From positions 1 to 64,000 of IMG/VR virus record IMGVR_UViG_3300047160_007578: 64,000 bases of DNA. One strand, written 5' to 3'. Shown piece by piece: positions 38,091 to 48,945 of the stretch. The position numbers were made by a program, and so were the translations under genes. The stretch comes from a virus. Under the pieces are notes generated by a model, which did no database searches, was not told where the DNA came from, and was given only the letters and a program-made list of their open reading frames with translations. Numbering within the stretch: position 1 is the first letter of the stretch; each line of letters opens with the position of its first letter.

Positions 38091-38981
38091 CTATAGCCAA
38101 CCCCACTCATCCCCTCTAAGTCTGCTCCAATCAAAGTCGCCAACTTCAATCACTTCCCCTAATTGTTTCTCTACCATCAGAGCACAATATTGTTTGCTTA
38201 TCTCCACTCCAAAAACGTATCTCTGTTCACCACCAGGACCGAGCCCCAGCTTATTAGCCCGTAAAGAACTCCCTGATCCCGCAAAAAGATCAACGAAACA
38301 TTCCCCAGGAAACGTAGAAAACAGAATGATCCTTTCCATCAACTTGATCGGATGCTGCGTAGGAATCTCCGGAACTCTTTCCCAGGAATTACCCACAATC
38401 CGCGGAAACGCCCAAACATTGGCTGGAACCCTTGGACCAGCGGCTCTACCGTCCCCTAAAAGCATCCGCCCTGATACCTCTCTTATAGAATCAACATTCA
38501 ATCTACCCAATCTATTATCCGAGTATGTTCCCGGCCGCTTCCCACCGTCTCGGGGCTTATTCCCGGTCCACCGAAACCGCAAAATTGGCCGATACCCGCT
38601 GGTGCAATCGCTGTCGTTGTACTGACCGAAAGTATAATTCCAAATGAACTTATCAACTTCAACCGTCGGAAAGATTGCACCGTATTTCTTTCCTTCGTAC
38701 CCCTCCACTTTCCGACCTTTAATCAATTCCAGAACAAGACTGCAAATCTCTAGGTCATGTATCTGATTGTAAGACAACCAAAAGATTTCACATCGACTGA
38801 CAGCTTCGATTATCAACAGTTTCAACCAGAGATAGTATGTCTCAGGGTCCAATCTATCTCGATAAATATTTTCTTCACCGTAATCAAAACCAATATTATC
38901 AGGCACGTCTGCAAACATAGCCTTGACTTTCCCTGGCGGAGTCTTCCGTAGGAATTCAAGGCAGTCTCCGTGAATGATCAA
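38091..38981 (-). CDS. DNA methyltransferase (N4-C/N6-A, beta class) with atypical catalytic motif
   Basis: IIHGDCLEFL, ADVPDN at the DPPY position, NVW, PTQHP..LMERII, VDLFAGSGS, GVEIS. Confidence 0.85.
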   Translation of the reverse strand: MIIHGDCLEFLRKTPPGKVKAMFADVPDNIGFDYGEENIYRDRLDPETYYLWLKLLIIEAVSRCEIFWLSYNQIHDLEICSLVLELIKGRKVEGYEGKKYGAIFPTVEVDKFIWNYTFGQYNDSDCTSGYRPILRFRWTGNKPRDGGKRPGTYSDNRLGRLNVDSIREVSGRMLLGDGRAAGPRVPANVWAFPRIVGNSWERVPEIPTQHPIKLMERIILFSTFPGECFVDLFAGSGSSLRANKLGLGPGGEQRYVFGVEISKQYCALMVEKQLGEVIEVGDFDWSRLRGDEWGWL

Positions 38982-39944
38982 TAATCATTCCTCCTTTCTC
39001 TGACTAGTCCAGGTGTATCGCATCACCGGAATGACCGTTGGGGCATTGAATCTCCCAGCCACGGGGCTTATCGGTACCAGGTTCCTTTACCAGCGCCATG
39101 CTACCACCATCAGCGTTTACTTTCATCGCTATTTGTTCACAGGAATCAAAGTCCCCACTATCATATTTACAGATATCACATTTGACAAACATACCACTCT
39201 CCTTTCAGAATTCGCTTACTTAACCAGAATCCGTTGTCCTTCGGGCCGTTTGGGCGGTTCAGTTTTCATCTGCGATTCTTCTGACGGAGCCTCTGGAATG
39301 AACGCTCCAGTGGGCGTAGTCTTTTCGATTTCGTTCTCCGCCCTAGGATCAACCACTTGCGGGTTCTCCCAGCCGCTGTTGTGTGCTCCGAAACACCCGA
39401 TGGAGCAGTAACTATCTGATCCTGTCTGCCCCTTGTAGTACAGAGTCGATCCGTTGATCGCGGAACCGCAAACAATGCAATTCCGGTTTTCTTCAGCCAT
39501 TGGTTTCTCGTTTGCCATGGCCCAAATCCTCCACTGTCATGATCATGCCCTCGATCATATCCACGAATATCTGTAGTGGTACCTTTATCCCCTTAGTCTT
39601 TCCTTTTCTATTCGTTATCGAAACCCAAATGTTATCAGCGTCAGTACGACTCTCCAGAATCACTGCAGAACCATCATCAAAAATCAAATCCAACGCCTTC
39701 GCTTGTATCTCAGCTTCTATTATGCGGCGTCCGTAATTTTTGATTTTTAATCCGTTTCCTTTCCTAGCCATCAAATACTCCTTTCGATCAGTACATGTCA
39801 TCCGGTAAATTCCTGGCCTGAAACTCTTGATTAATAATCAAAATCATTTCCTTACCCAGCGGCGTATTGTCCCCGATTATCCTACGCACTTCAGTTAATT
39901 GTTCCACAGGTATCAATCGGACAATCCTTTCTAGTGCGGCGACC

Positions 39945-40346
39945 CTAACCCTCAGTTCGTTGTATTTCATCTTTCCCTCGGGATTGGATACAAGGCATAC
40001 ACCAGAACTGTTCACCTATTGTCCCCATATTCACAATCTCATACCCTTTCGCCAAATCATTCTTCTTGCAATTTTCACAGATATCGATACCCTTGAACCA
40101 GCGAGCTTCCGATATAGGATCATGTTGTATTTTGACTCGTACTTCTATCTCCCTAGGTCTCTCAAACAACATCTTGAACCAGTCCCAGAAATTCCAACCC
40201 ACTGTAACCGTAGTCGTAATGAACGGGTCTTCTATTGCTTCGACCTTATTAAGTTTCCCATTTATTTCCGTTCGTAGAAACAAATGGCGTTTCATGTCTC
40301 TGACCAGTTTCTTGGCCATCCAGCCCTCCTTTTGATTAAAAATCAT
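39945..40346 (-). CDS. Hypothetical protein
   Basis: In operon; CENC/CMPC. Confidence 0.6.
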   Translation of the reverse strand: MIFNQKEGWMAKKLVRDMKRHLFLRTEINGKLNKVEAIEDPFITTTVTVGWNFWDWFKMLFERPREIEVRVKIQHDPISEARWFKGIDICENCKKNDLAKGYEIVNMGTIGEQFWCMPCIQSRGKDEIQRTEG

Positions 40347-40638
40347 AGAAAAATATCACTTTGTCCAACAGCAGCATTACCTCATCAAACGTATGATGAT
40401 CATTGAATGAACTGATATTATCAACATAAGGTGCAAACGCGCCCAGAATCTCATCAGGTAGCCAACCGTTTGGCCGAATATTTAGAACTTTCCTTATCGC
40501 TCCCCCTAGACACCAACAAATAGCCTCAGGACTTGTAGGCTCACAAGGCTCCTTCCTATTATTGAAAGCGTATCCATTCTTCGTCCAGCAACTTTGATCC
40601 TTATAGAGTGCCCTTACCGCGATCAGAGTTTCAATCAT
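40336..40638 (-). CDS. Hypothetical phage protein
   Basis: WTK...CWCLGGAI...FND..TF.EV..LLD pattern. Confidence 0.7.
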   Translation of the reverse strand: MIETLIAVRALYKDQSCWTKNGYAFNNRKEPCEPTSPEAICWCLGGAIRKVLNIRPNGWLPDEILGAFAPYVDNISSFNDHHTFDEVMLLLDKVIFFYDF

Positions 40639-40656
40639 TAATCATTCCTTTCTTTA

Positions 40657-41160
40657 TTATCCGATCCTAAGCATATTATTTTCAACCTTCGGAACAAATT
40701 GGAAAACATCAGGGCTGAAATGTCGCATTCCCCTGTACTTACAGAATTCGATCGCGGCATAGATCATCGTATTATTAGGGTCTCCTCTCCAAACATCGAT
40801 CAGAATGGAACTGAAATTGAAAATCTTCAGAGTATTTTCTGCGATATGATCAAATTCTTGTGGACCCCAATTCTGATATCGCCCCACTATTTCTGTGATA
40901 TCGATTCGCCAACATTCCAGGCTATGCAAGTGACCAATAATCGTATCCTTCTTTACCACATACGCTGTATAAAGCCATTTATCGTTGTTCAAATCAGAAG
41001 ACCGGAATATCAAACCCCTAGGGAACACCAATCTTGGTTGTCCCTTCTTCTCACACTCGACAGCCTTCGTCTGCGAGTTGTATGCCTCCTCACAAATCTC
41101 GCAACGAAACTGGTGATGCGTCATCACCATCAGACACACTTCCTTCCGATTAAAAATCAT
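40657..41160 (-). CDS. Hypothetical protein with N-terminal CxxC
   Basis: FRCEICEEAY...A..CE. Confidence 0.6.
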   Translation of the reverse strand: MIFNRKEVCLMVMTHHQFRCEICEEAYNSQTKAVECEKKGQPRLVFPRGLIFRSSDLNNDKWLYTAYVVKKDTIIGHLHSLECWRIDITEIVGRYQNWGPQEFDHIAENTLKIFNFSSILIDVWRGDPNNTMIYAAIEFCKYRGMRHFSPDVFQFVPKVENNMLRIG

Positions 41161-41268
41161 TTCAATGTAACAGTTTCAAAAATAACACACAACCCATTAA
41201 AAGAACAATAATCAAAATCGCCCTGATTATATCAAACAGTCTCCAAATAAACCGTCTTGTTCTATCGT

Positions 41269-41706
41269 TCACTCGTTTTCCCCGTTAGAATACTTCGGAT
41301 CATCCGGATCGTCACCATTCCCATTATCAGTTTCCGGAACGACCAGATAAGATTCTTCGCACAGATTGCATAGAACAAAGAATCCCGGCAGCGATCGAAC
41401 GCCCTGACTCTCAGGCAAGCCAAACCAGGTGGCTTGTAAAAGCCCCGCAAATTCTACTCCATCCTTATCAGCCAGCGCCTTATCAAAAGCCGCAACTGGA
41501 TCACCAACCCCGGATTCTTTCCGAATATCATCCCGTATCTTGTCGCAGATATCTTCAGTGGTAGGAGCAGTGATCGCGAACTCACCATCAGTCCGCTTTT
41601 GACCGGCCCCGCGACTTTGAGGATGCCAGTCTGCTACCAGTTTCCTTAGTGCATCCTTATTCTTTTCAGCAACCTGCCAGTATTGCTCTTCCGTTTTTGG
41701 GACCAT
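41269..41706 (-). CDS. Hypothetical protein
   Basis: AAGGAG RBS. Confidence 0.7.
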   Translation of the reverse strand: MVPKTEEQYWQVAEKNKDALRKLVADWHPQSRGAGQKRTDGEFAITAPTTEDICDKIRDDIRKESGVGDPVAAFDKALADKDGVEFAGLLQATWFGLPESQGVRSLPGFFVLCNLCEESYLVVPETDNGNGDDPDDPKYSNGENE

Positions 41707-41767
41707 CAGGCACTCCTTTCACTTAGATTGGTTACGTCCTGATCATTAATCAATAGCCTTAAATCAT

Positions 41768-42331
41768 TCACATCCCCAAACGATGCTTGTACCTTTTATC
41801 AGTCTTTTTATCACTTCGGATACCAGCTTCTACTACTCGCACGTTCGCTACCATTTGCGCCATTTCTTGCTCGTTGCAAACCTCAATCAATCCACTTGAT
41901 CTTCCAGCCGATTCTTCTATCTTGCCCCTCTCCGAATCGTATCCCTCTTTCATCACTCTCTCAATTTCAGACTTTATCGCGACCAGAGCTTTCTCTTTAG
42001 ATTCCACGTTATCTTCACAAAGAAGAAAGCCCTGCAATATTCCACCGAGATTAATCAACTCCAATGCCTCAGTCATCGTCAGGCCCAACCTACCATATGG
42101 ACCAATACCACCCTGAACATTACCCCACATAGAAACAACTGTCGAGCCACCGTTAACGCAAACTAGCTCCGCCAATCGTTCCAGTAATTTCACCTTGTAT
42201 TTACAGAGCAAACCGTCAGAACTGCTTTTCGTAATAACTCCTTCTTCTTGGAGCCACGTCAGCACGCTTTTCATTTCTTTTCCCTGGTCGCCATGAGTTT
42301 GAGATGCTTCTCGAATTTGGTCGCCAACCAA
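41768..42331 (-). CDS. Hypothetical protein
   Basis: ORF; likely start at MKSVL, coupled to the upstream stop. Confidence 0.6.
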   Translation of the reverse strand: MVGDQIREASQTHGDQGKEMKSVLTWLQEEGVITKSSSDGLLCKYKVKLLERLAELVCVNGGSTVVSMWGNVQGGIGPYGRLGLTMTEALELINLGGILQGFLLCEDNVESKEKALVAIKSEIERVMKEGYDSERGKIEESAGRSSGLIEVCNEQEMAQMVANVRVVEAGIRSDKKTDKRYKHRLGM

Positions 42332-42945
42332 TCGAAAAGATTAATGATCACTCGACTATCGCTTCCATTATGAGCACGACCATTGGATAATATGGTTTCC
42401 TTCTCCAGCTTAGACAATTCAAATAACCTACTCTCTAGTGATTGCAATTTGGAAACGACTGTGCTCCCATCCTTGGGGACCTCGATCAATGTCATATAAT
42501 CAGTAAAGGTTATTTCCTCTTTCCTTGATCCCTCGAATTTATTATACACGTCACTCTCAGTCACTCGGATAATGAAATGATCCAAAGTCTTAGGAAGCGT
42601 ATTACTGCCAGACAATGGCACTGTGGCGCTAGCGCTAGGCGCTGTGGCAGGCCCGGACTCAACTGCATTGGCCTTGACCAAAGAACGTCCACTGTTGGTG
42701 ACTCGATATTTCTTCCTACCGGTTCGCTTCAATAATCCTCTCTGTACCAGACCCTTGACTCCCATCAAGTTGGACAGCACCTTATTTTCGGCGGGGTGCT
42801 CGTTCTCATACCCTTCCAATCCGAACACATTCCGATTGAATTCCCACGCCGCCACGACCAGTTCCGATTCAGTGAATTCGTCGCCCAGCTTGGACGCAGC
42901 TGTCAAGATGATTTCCGGCCTGGTTATTTCAGATCGCATTGTCAC
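42271..42945 (-). CDS. Winged-helix-like protein
   Basis: FTESELVVAAW...LVQRGLL...YRVTNSG. Confidence 0.6.
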   Translation of the reverse strand: MTMRSEITRPEIILTAASKLGDEFTESELVVAAWEFNRNVFGLEGYENEHPAENKVLSNLMGVKGLVQRGLLKRTGRKKYRVTNSGRSLVKANAVESGPATAPSASATVPLSGSNTLPKTLDHFIIRVTESDVYNKFEGSRKEEITFTDYMTLIEVPKDGSTVVSKLQSLESRLFELSKLEKETILSNGRAHNGSDSRVIINLFDWLATKFEKHLKLMATREKK

Positions 42946-43251
42946 TCCTTTCGATTAATAATCCTTTCAAACAAACACTGTATTACACAAACACGATATC
43001 TTTGTGCGGATTGCTTGGAGCGTTCCTTACCAGCTCAGTCAACGCTTCGCCATTACCGAGAGCCGCATCCAATTGTTCCGGACTGATTTCGTTCCTGCGT
43101 ATCGGATAATAAAGTGCCTCGTAGTGCTGTTGAGTATCCAAACCGAAATCAACGATCGCGGCTGTACGAGGCCACATGTCCAGGTTGATACTGTCGATGA
43201 GATTCTGCGTAGTCGGTCTAACCATTCGTCCCTCTGATTACTAATCACTGG

Positions 43252-43845
43252 TCAGTTCTTCTCAATCAAGTGTAATCTCGAATTGATCGCAAGACCTTCA
43301 ACGTATTGGTTATGCTTCATCAAACCGGAATCAATCAATTGGTACGCATTCTCTGCTTCCAATTCAGCCACATTCTTATCACTTGGAAGTTCTATTTCAG
43401 CCCCCATCTTATCCAGCATATCTTGTAACGCTCGACCTTCAGGCGTATCAGTCACATGGTGCGGCTTGAGCCGCGGCAACAATTCTCCGTTCTTTGCCCA
43501 TAGCTCACACAATATTTCTCTGTTGGTTATCCCGTCGGTTCCAGTCAAGAGCCATTGAGTTGCCCAAGGCTTTTCACCATTAGGTATCATAAGGCCCGTT
43601 ATCGGCAAGTCAACGTTGACGTTACAATAGAAGTTCACTACACCGATTATTTTGTCTCCAACTACCAGAGTATACTTTTCATCCGGTAATTGAGATATCT
43701 TTCCTTTCAATTTCGCCGCAGGTATCTCAACCGTATCACCGATATGGAAACGATCATTAATCACACCGATCAATTTCTTCCAATCTTCCATAGCGGCAGT
43801 TTGCCTAAAGGGCGGTCGTGGTAGGATCATCGCGGCACTCTCCAA
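43252..43845 (-). CDS. Hypothetical protein
   Basis: 197-aa ORF in operon. Confidence 0.65.
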   Translation of the reverse strand: MESAAMILPRPPFRQTAAMEDWKKLIGVINDRFHIGDTVEIPAAKLKGKISQLPDEKYTLVVGDKIIGVVNFYCNVNVDLPITGLMIPNGEKPWATQWLLTGTDGITNREILCELWAKNGELLPRLKPHHVTDTPEGRALQDMLDKMGAEIELPSDKNVAELEAENAYQLIDSGLMKHNQYVEGLAINSRLHLIEKN

Positions 43846-44092
43846 CCTCTCATATTATACTCCCGAATCGTGTGCTCGAAATCTTTGGACGGTACGTTCC
43901 GCGTTTCGCAGACAACGACAGCACAGGGACCGACACCGACCAAAATGTATCTGGTGTGCTTGACTATTTCTTGGTACCCATCAAAGGCCAAAACATCGCC
44001 GGCATGGGGAGCAATGACCATATCTGCTGGAAGGTTCTTTGTTAAGAACACACTATTCCTCATTTCGACACTATGGATTTCGATTTCTAAGA

Positions 44093-44659
44093 TCATTCTC
44101 CCTTCCTTCCGGTTCTCAATTTTTTGACTCTCAGAACACCCACATCACCATTAATATCAGCGGGGAATCGCATCGACTCGTTGATGTATTTCCAGATCGG
44201 GCGTGTTCCATATCTTGGAACCGACCGTTTGTGTTCAACACACAAAACAATCGGTGTGATGATTGGCTCAAGTTCATCATCCAAGAACAGAACGACAACG
44301 TATGCCGCTTGATTCTTACAATCGGAATAAGTACAAATGCCCCATGAACACCGTTCACAAGCAACGCCACAGAAAAGATACCCGAACTTTGGCAAATAAA
44401 TCGACGGTGATTCAACGGGAATCTTTCCACAGAATGTGCAACCTTGATTAAAAGTCAAATTCAATAGCTTATCTTCTTGTTCGCAATTCATTACCTCACA
44501 ATTGGGTGTCCTACAATATCTTTTATTAGCGTCGTTGTATTCTTCCATACTCACAAAGAATAAACCGTGCTCAGGGCAGTATAATCCGAACGGAGTTGAC
44601 GCGGTGATAATCACGACAGCCTCCTTTGATCGAATTAATTGTTTCAGATCATTAATCAA
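44093..44659 (-). CDS. Cys-rich hypothetical protein
   Basis: Multiple CxxC/CxxH. Confidence 0.6.
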   Translation of the reverse strand: MINDLKQLIRSKEAVVIITASTPFGLYCPEHGLFFVSMEEYNDANKRYCRTPNCEVMNCEQEDKLLNLTFNQGCTFCGKIPVESPSIYLPKFGYLFCGVACERCSWGICTYSDCKNQAAYVVVLFLDDELEPIITPIVLCVEHKRSVPRYGTRPIWKYINESMRFPADINGDVGVLRVKKLRTGRKGE

Positions 44660-45163
44660 TCACCGATGAAACAACGTATCTACCATCGAATCTAGGTCTT
44701 TACGGAGATTCTCTATTGCCGCATCAATTGATGGGCCGATGCCTCTTACGATATTATCGTGGAAATTAGGATCGAAAGGATTAGCATTGATACTGGATTC
44801 AAAATTGGTATTGCCCATGATCGCGATACCAACGCGAGCCTCATATTCTTCGCGGCTCGGCCAGTAAACCACTACCAATTGAGTAACTATAGCCACTCCC
44901 GGACTGGTCCTGAGAGTTATTCCGAAATCCATATTGATTGGTGTCGGTCCAAGCTCGGCTGTAATCGGTATCTCTCGTCCGATCTTGAACACTACCGACC
45001 GACCACACCAGATACATTGACCATATCGTTCCTTTACCCGATCATCGTCCCTGTTGAAAGAGACTTCGGGACTGAGAATCACTTTCCCGCATCCGCTATT
45101 AGGGCACTTGACTTGCTCGAAATGTCTCAAAATCCTGGTGCTTTTTATCCCCATAGTTTCCAC
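44660..45163 (-). CDS. Zinc-ribbon hypothetical protein
   Basis: CPNSGC...CIWC. Confidence 0.6.
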   Translation of the reverse strand: METMGIKSTRILRHFEQVKCPNSGCGKVILSPEVSFNRDDDRVKERYGQCIWCGRSVVFKIGREIPITAELGPTPINMDFGITLRTSPGVAIVTQLVVVYWPSREEYEARVGIAIMGNTNFESSINANPFDPNFHDNIVRGIGPSIDAAIENLRKDLDSMVDTLFHR

Positions 45164-45391
45164 CGATGGTTCTTGTTGTTTTCAATCATATCAATACACT
45201 CTATCAAGTCTCTCTCATTCAAAGGCAAATCAAGATGATTATTAATCTCCGTGGCTATTGAATGTATACTTGGGCCCACACCAACATCAGGATTTGCATT
45301 GTCCAAAGCAATTGTAGTCAGAATCAGCACCACCATCAGTTCCTTTTCCCGCTTGGTCATTGGAACTGGATCAGTTACATTACTTCGCATA

Positions 45392-45922
45392 CTATTTCCT
45401 TTCCTTACTTTTCATTTCCATATCAGCTTCACAGATTTGACCGCCCTTTTCCACAAATTTCCGCTTCCATTCCGCCAGCTTCTCGGGTGTCCCGTACATT
45501 TTGCCCTCGAAGAAGAACATCGAAGTCCTTTCCATTTCACGCATAAATCCTTTTGCTCGAGCGCTCAATGTACCCTTTCCGTATCGAAACATGCCAATCA
45601 CACCCTCCAACGGAGGCACAGCCATCACCGTGATTACTAATCCTAATTTATCTGGTCGGTATGCTTGCTTACCGTGCATTATCATGTTCTGTACCCACGC
45701 GCAATAAAAATCCTTGCACTTGGGCGGGCGACTATTGTAGATACCGCAACCGCAGCCACGGCCCTTAGGATTCTTCAACAGGAATTCGCAATCAACGTCC
45801 CGTTTCTTTTCCAGTTCGCTGATTGTGAACACTGTACAGCAAGCCGTACAATCACCACAACCAACGTCCCTCGCTTCCCTTGGTGCCATCGCCAGCGGAA
45901 TCATCCGGCTCCTTTGTTTCAT
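45392..45922 (-). CDS. YkgJ-like CxxCxxCC protein
   Basis: CGDCTACC...CEFL...CGIYNSRPPKCKDFYC. Confidence 0.8.
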   Translation of the reverse strand: MKQRSRMIPLAMAPREARDVGCGDCTACCTVFTISELEKKRDVDCEFLLKNPKGRGCGCGIYNSRPPKCKDFYCAWVQNMIMHGKQAYRPDKLGLVITVMAVPPLEGVIGMFRYGKGTLSARAKGFMREMERTSMFFFEGKMYGTPEKLAEWKRKFVEKGGQICEADMEMKSKERK

Positions 45923-46400
45923 TTTCCTCCCTCTGGTTATTTCCGGATTATTAATCGTTCCTCACCATTTTCCTTCACTATTTCCATTACCGGCGTATGA
46001 TATTGTCGCCCATCAAACAACTGAACTTTCATTTTGCTTCCACAATAACGTTCAATGAACCACTGCAATTGTCCTGCGTTACTGATCAGGTCGATTGGTG
46101 CTCCCACGCCGCGGCTCTCATGGCATTCTTCGTGCCACTGTCCTTCGGGACCGACGACGATTTTGAACAGATTTTCATTCAGTTCAGAGAACGGTACAGC
46201 GTTTTCCAATAATGGACGCTTGCAGATAATACACACGTTCAGACAATTGTAATGCGCGAATTCTTTCCCGTATTTCAACACCACCCGCATAGGCGGTGCA
46301 ACTGATTCTATGAGAATATCACGTTGATTTTCGCGAAACAGTTTGATTGGTTCGCCGCAAATCCGGCAAATACTTTTAGCTTTCGCTTCTTCCAGACTGA

Positions 46401-46637
46401 TCATGGTTGTTTTGTCTCCGTAGGGACTTCTTCCTGCCGCTTCCACCAATGGACATTATCCATCGCAAAGTCCCGAGTTTCCATCTTCTGCAAATCAAAC
46501 GCTTCACAGTGCCACCCAGCAATCGGATGGAACGCTGTACTGCCGAACCACATCCGAATCGGCCGAATCAGCCGTAAGGCTCGTTTGCCCTTGTGATTCG
46601 TGTAATCGATTTTGACAATCGAAGGATCAAACCCCAT
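46401..46637 (-). CDS. Stand-alone WYL-domain protein
   Basis: IDYTNHKG...R.IRP..WFGST.FH...W...AFDL.K...RDF. Confidence 0.8.
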   Translation of the reverse strand: MGFDPSIVKIDYTNHKGKRALRLIRPIRMWFGSTAFHPIAGWHCEAFDLQKMETRDFAMDNVHWWKRQEEVPTETKQP

Positions 46638-46662
46638 TGTCCTTTCCTCTCTTGATTATTAA

Positions 46663-47055
46663 TCACTCCGGTTTGGGCACTGGAAGTACACATACTCTTG
46701 ACCAGTGACTATAAAACAGATTGTGAACAAGATCATAAGTCCTACCATTTTCTTCCATCATCATGCCACTCTGATGATCAAACTCGATCATCCGTGGCCG
46801 ATTGATTCTGGTATCCCAAACATTATAGAAACCAGATTGAGTTGGAATCCGATCCTTGAATGGATGCCAGTTCTCCAGTATCTCCCACTGATAGCACCAG
46901 CCCGAAATCGTGAAGATATTCAGTCCGCGTTTGGTATCCCAACAAGCACGCATATAATCGTAAACAGCCGTTACTATGCCAAGCTCAGTATTAACAAATA
47001 CCCGCTCACTCTCGCCCACCACTTCCGGTGGTGCTCCTGTCCGCCAGTTGATCAT
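46663..47055 (-). CDS. Tandem DUF551-like protein
   Basis: INWRTGAPP...W and WHPFKDRIP...SHW. Confidence 0.55.
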   Translation of the reverse strand: MINWRTGAPPEVVGESERVFVNTELGIVTAVYDYMRACWDTKRGLNIFTISGWCYQWEILENWHPFKDRIPTQSGFYNVWDTRINRPRMIEFDHQSGMMMEENGRTYDLVHNLFYSHWSRVCVLPVPKPE

Positions 47056-47102
47056 TCTGCTTTCCTCCCAATCATTCTAGCTCCTTTGTGATTATAAATC
47101 AG

Positions 47103-47130
47103 GCCCCGCGGCAGTCTCCTGCCGCGGGGC
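47103..47130. terminator. GC-rich hairpin, possible terminator or processing stem
   Basis: GCCCCGCGGCAG-TCTC-CTGCCGCGGGGC. Confidence 0.55.
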
Positions 47131-47143
47131 AGGGAACCACCAA

Positions 47144-47926
47144 CTATTCAGCCCAACCGTCTAACATATCGGAATCGATCCACGTTCGGACATGTCCAGA
47201 ATTATAACTGATACTTTCCTTCGTGAATGGGTACCACGAGAACCGACGATCGCTGCCCCTAATGGATACACCGTAGTTCTCGCTGGCTCCAGCTTGCTGG
47301 TGACATTCGATACACTTCTTACCAGCACCCTTGAAGCCGATAGGGCGATCAGCTTCGGGAGCCTTCCATTCGACGCGATCATCCCAGCCGTTTTTCGTTT
47401 TGGTGCTCATCCTAAGCTCGAACGGCCAGCCTGTTTTCCCGTCGGGCGTACAGGCACAGAGTAGATCGACAAACTCTGTGCCTTCAGGAAATTCCCACTT
47501 CAATTGAGGAAGCCAGCGGGATGCCATCGGAACTGGCACCCGCTCCGTCCAATATCGGACAGACTTCCCTTTCGGTATCGTGACGCCGAATACGTTGAAC
47601 CAGAGATTTCGCGGTATGTTGTCCATGCCGCCGGGAAATGCGTAAGGGAATTTTTTGTTCGGATTGAGTTGGGGTCGATCATCGGTGCCGTGGTGCCCCC
47701 ACCAGTGGACACCGTTGTAGTCCTGGCCATTATTGATTACCAGATATTGTGAAGCCCGCGGCATCGAATCGCCGTTATAGAATTTTAATCCTTTCGGGAA
47801 CTCCACATTTTTCGGCCAGAATTGTTTCCAGTATTTTTGATCATTCTCTCCGAGATACTGGTCGCCGTGGACCGTTGGAACCGGAATCAGGAAAACAAAC
47901 AGGACCACGGCATAAAACTGCTTCAT
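47144..47926 (-). CDS. Exported protein with CxxCH (CIECH), paralog of 8529-9773
   Basis: Signal peptide; WEFPEGT, FELR and FSWYPF blocks. Confidence 0.75.
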   Translation of the reverse strand: MKQFYAVVLFVFLIPVPTVHGDQYLGENDQKYWKQFWPKNVEFPKGLKFYNGDSMPRASQYLVINNGQDYNGVHWWGHHGTDDRPQLNPNKKFPYAFPGGMDNIPRNLWFNVFGVTIPKGKSVRYWTERVPVPMASRWLPQLKWEFPEGTEFVDLLCACTPDGKTGWPFELRMSTKTKNGWDDRVEWKAPEADRPIGFKGAGKKCIECHQQAGASENYGVSIRGSDRRFSWYPFTKESISYNSGHVRTWIDSDMLDGWAE

Positions 47927-48017
47927 GCTGAACTCCTCATGAGATACAGGTTTAGGATCACAGCGTGATAGAATCACACCATAAATCCAATAAACCCCTC
48001 CTCTGCTCCTGTTGTTG

Positions 48018-48293
48018 CTACTCGTCCTTATCCTTGCTGTCGCCCTTGCCCTTATCCTTGGGCTGCCAGTCTGGGCCTTTTCCCTTTTCCTTGTCCCAGC
48101 CGGGCGGGGGCAAAGGTGTCGGTATCGGCCCCTCGAAGATCGGCGGTGGACCCATCCTTGGTTGACAGGGCATCACGATGATGCACTGTGGTGGCGGACC
48201 ACAATGGCTATGACCCCTCCGGTGCCGGCGACACGCATCCGCTGTGCCGACGATCAGCAGTGCCAGTAGCACCGCTCCGATCAATCTGAACAT
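48018..48293 (-). CDS. Exported Pro-rich small protein
   Basis: Signal peptide ending ADA|C; AGGAGG RBS. Confidence 0.65.
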   Translation of the reverse strand: MFRLIGAVLLALLIVGTADACRRHRRGHSHCGPPPQCIIVMPCQPRMGPPPIFEGPIPTPLPPPGWDKEKGKGPDWQPKDKGKGDSKDKDE

Positions 48294-48372
48294 AGGAAAT
48301 CCTCCTACGACCACGAAATTGGCGAGTTCATCATCGGCCAACATAGACCGTGAACCCGCCAAAGATCATTAA

Positions 48373-48945
48373 TCAAGTCGCTCGACTCTCAGTCTTGACA
48401 GCCTCGCTCTTGGTCTTGCCAAGGCTCATCGCCGCGACTTGAAGATATTTCAAAGCTTCATCGAATCCACCTACCTTATCAATGTACTCGAGCGCCGCAT
48501 CCAATTTGCCTTTTACTGCCTGCTTTTGCTCATCCGTGACTTTCACAATCTCCGACTTGATCGGGCGGGTTCCCCGGCAATTCGGGTATCTTTCACAGGA
48601 CCAGAACTGCCCGAACTTCCCATCCCGTACCACCATATTCGCTGAACACTGCGGGCATACAGGAGCGTCCGCGACCTGTCCGTCTCGGGCCTTATCAAGT
48701 ACTTCGTTCAATTCAACTTCGCTATTGGCTTTCATATCATAATACTTCTGTTGAGCAACAGCGTATGACAAATGATAATACTTCGCCAAGAATTTGATAT
48801 CGGAAGCTCGCTGCCGACTTCTTTTCTTCGCAAGCTCCCGCTTATCAACCGTTTCCTCTCTGCCAATTGTTTCCGGTGGTGGCCCTGGAAGGATTTCATC
48901 CGGTTCCGGTCCACGTTGCTCGAACGAATTTTCGTCTGGTTTCAT
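48373..48945 (-). CDS. Protein with topoisomerase-I-type C4 zinc finger
   Basis: CPQCSANMVVRDGKFGQFWSCERYPNCRGT. Confidence 0.8.
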   Translation of the reverse strand: MKPDENSFEQRGPEPDEILPGPPPETIGREETVDKRELAKKRSRQRASDIKFLAKYYHLSYAVAQQKYYDMKANSEVELNEVLDKARDGQVADAPVCPQCSANMVVRDGKFGQFWSCERYPNCRGTRPIKSEIVKVTDEQKQAVKGKLDAALEYIDKVGGFDEALKYLQVAAMSLGKTKSEAVKTESRAT

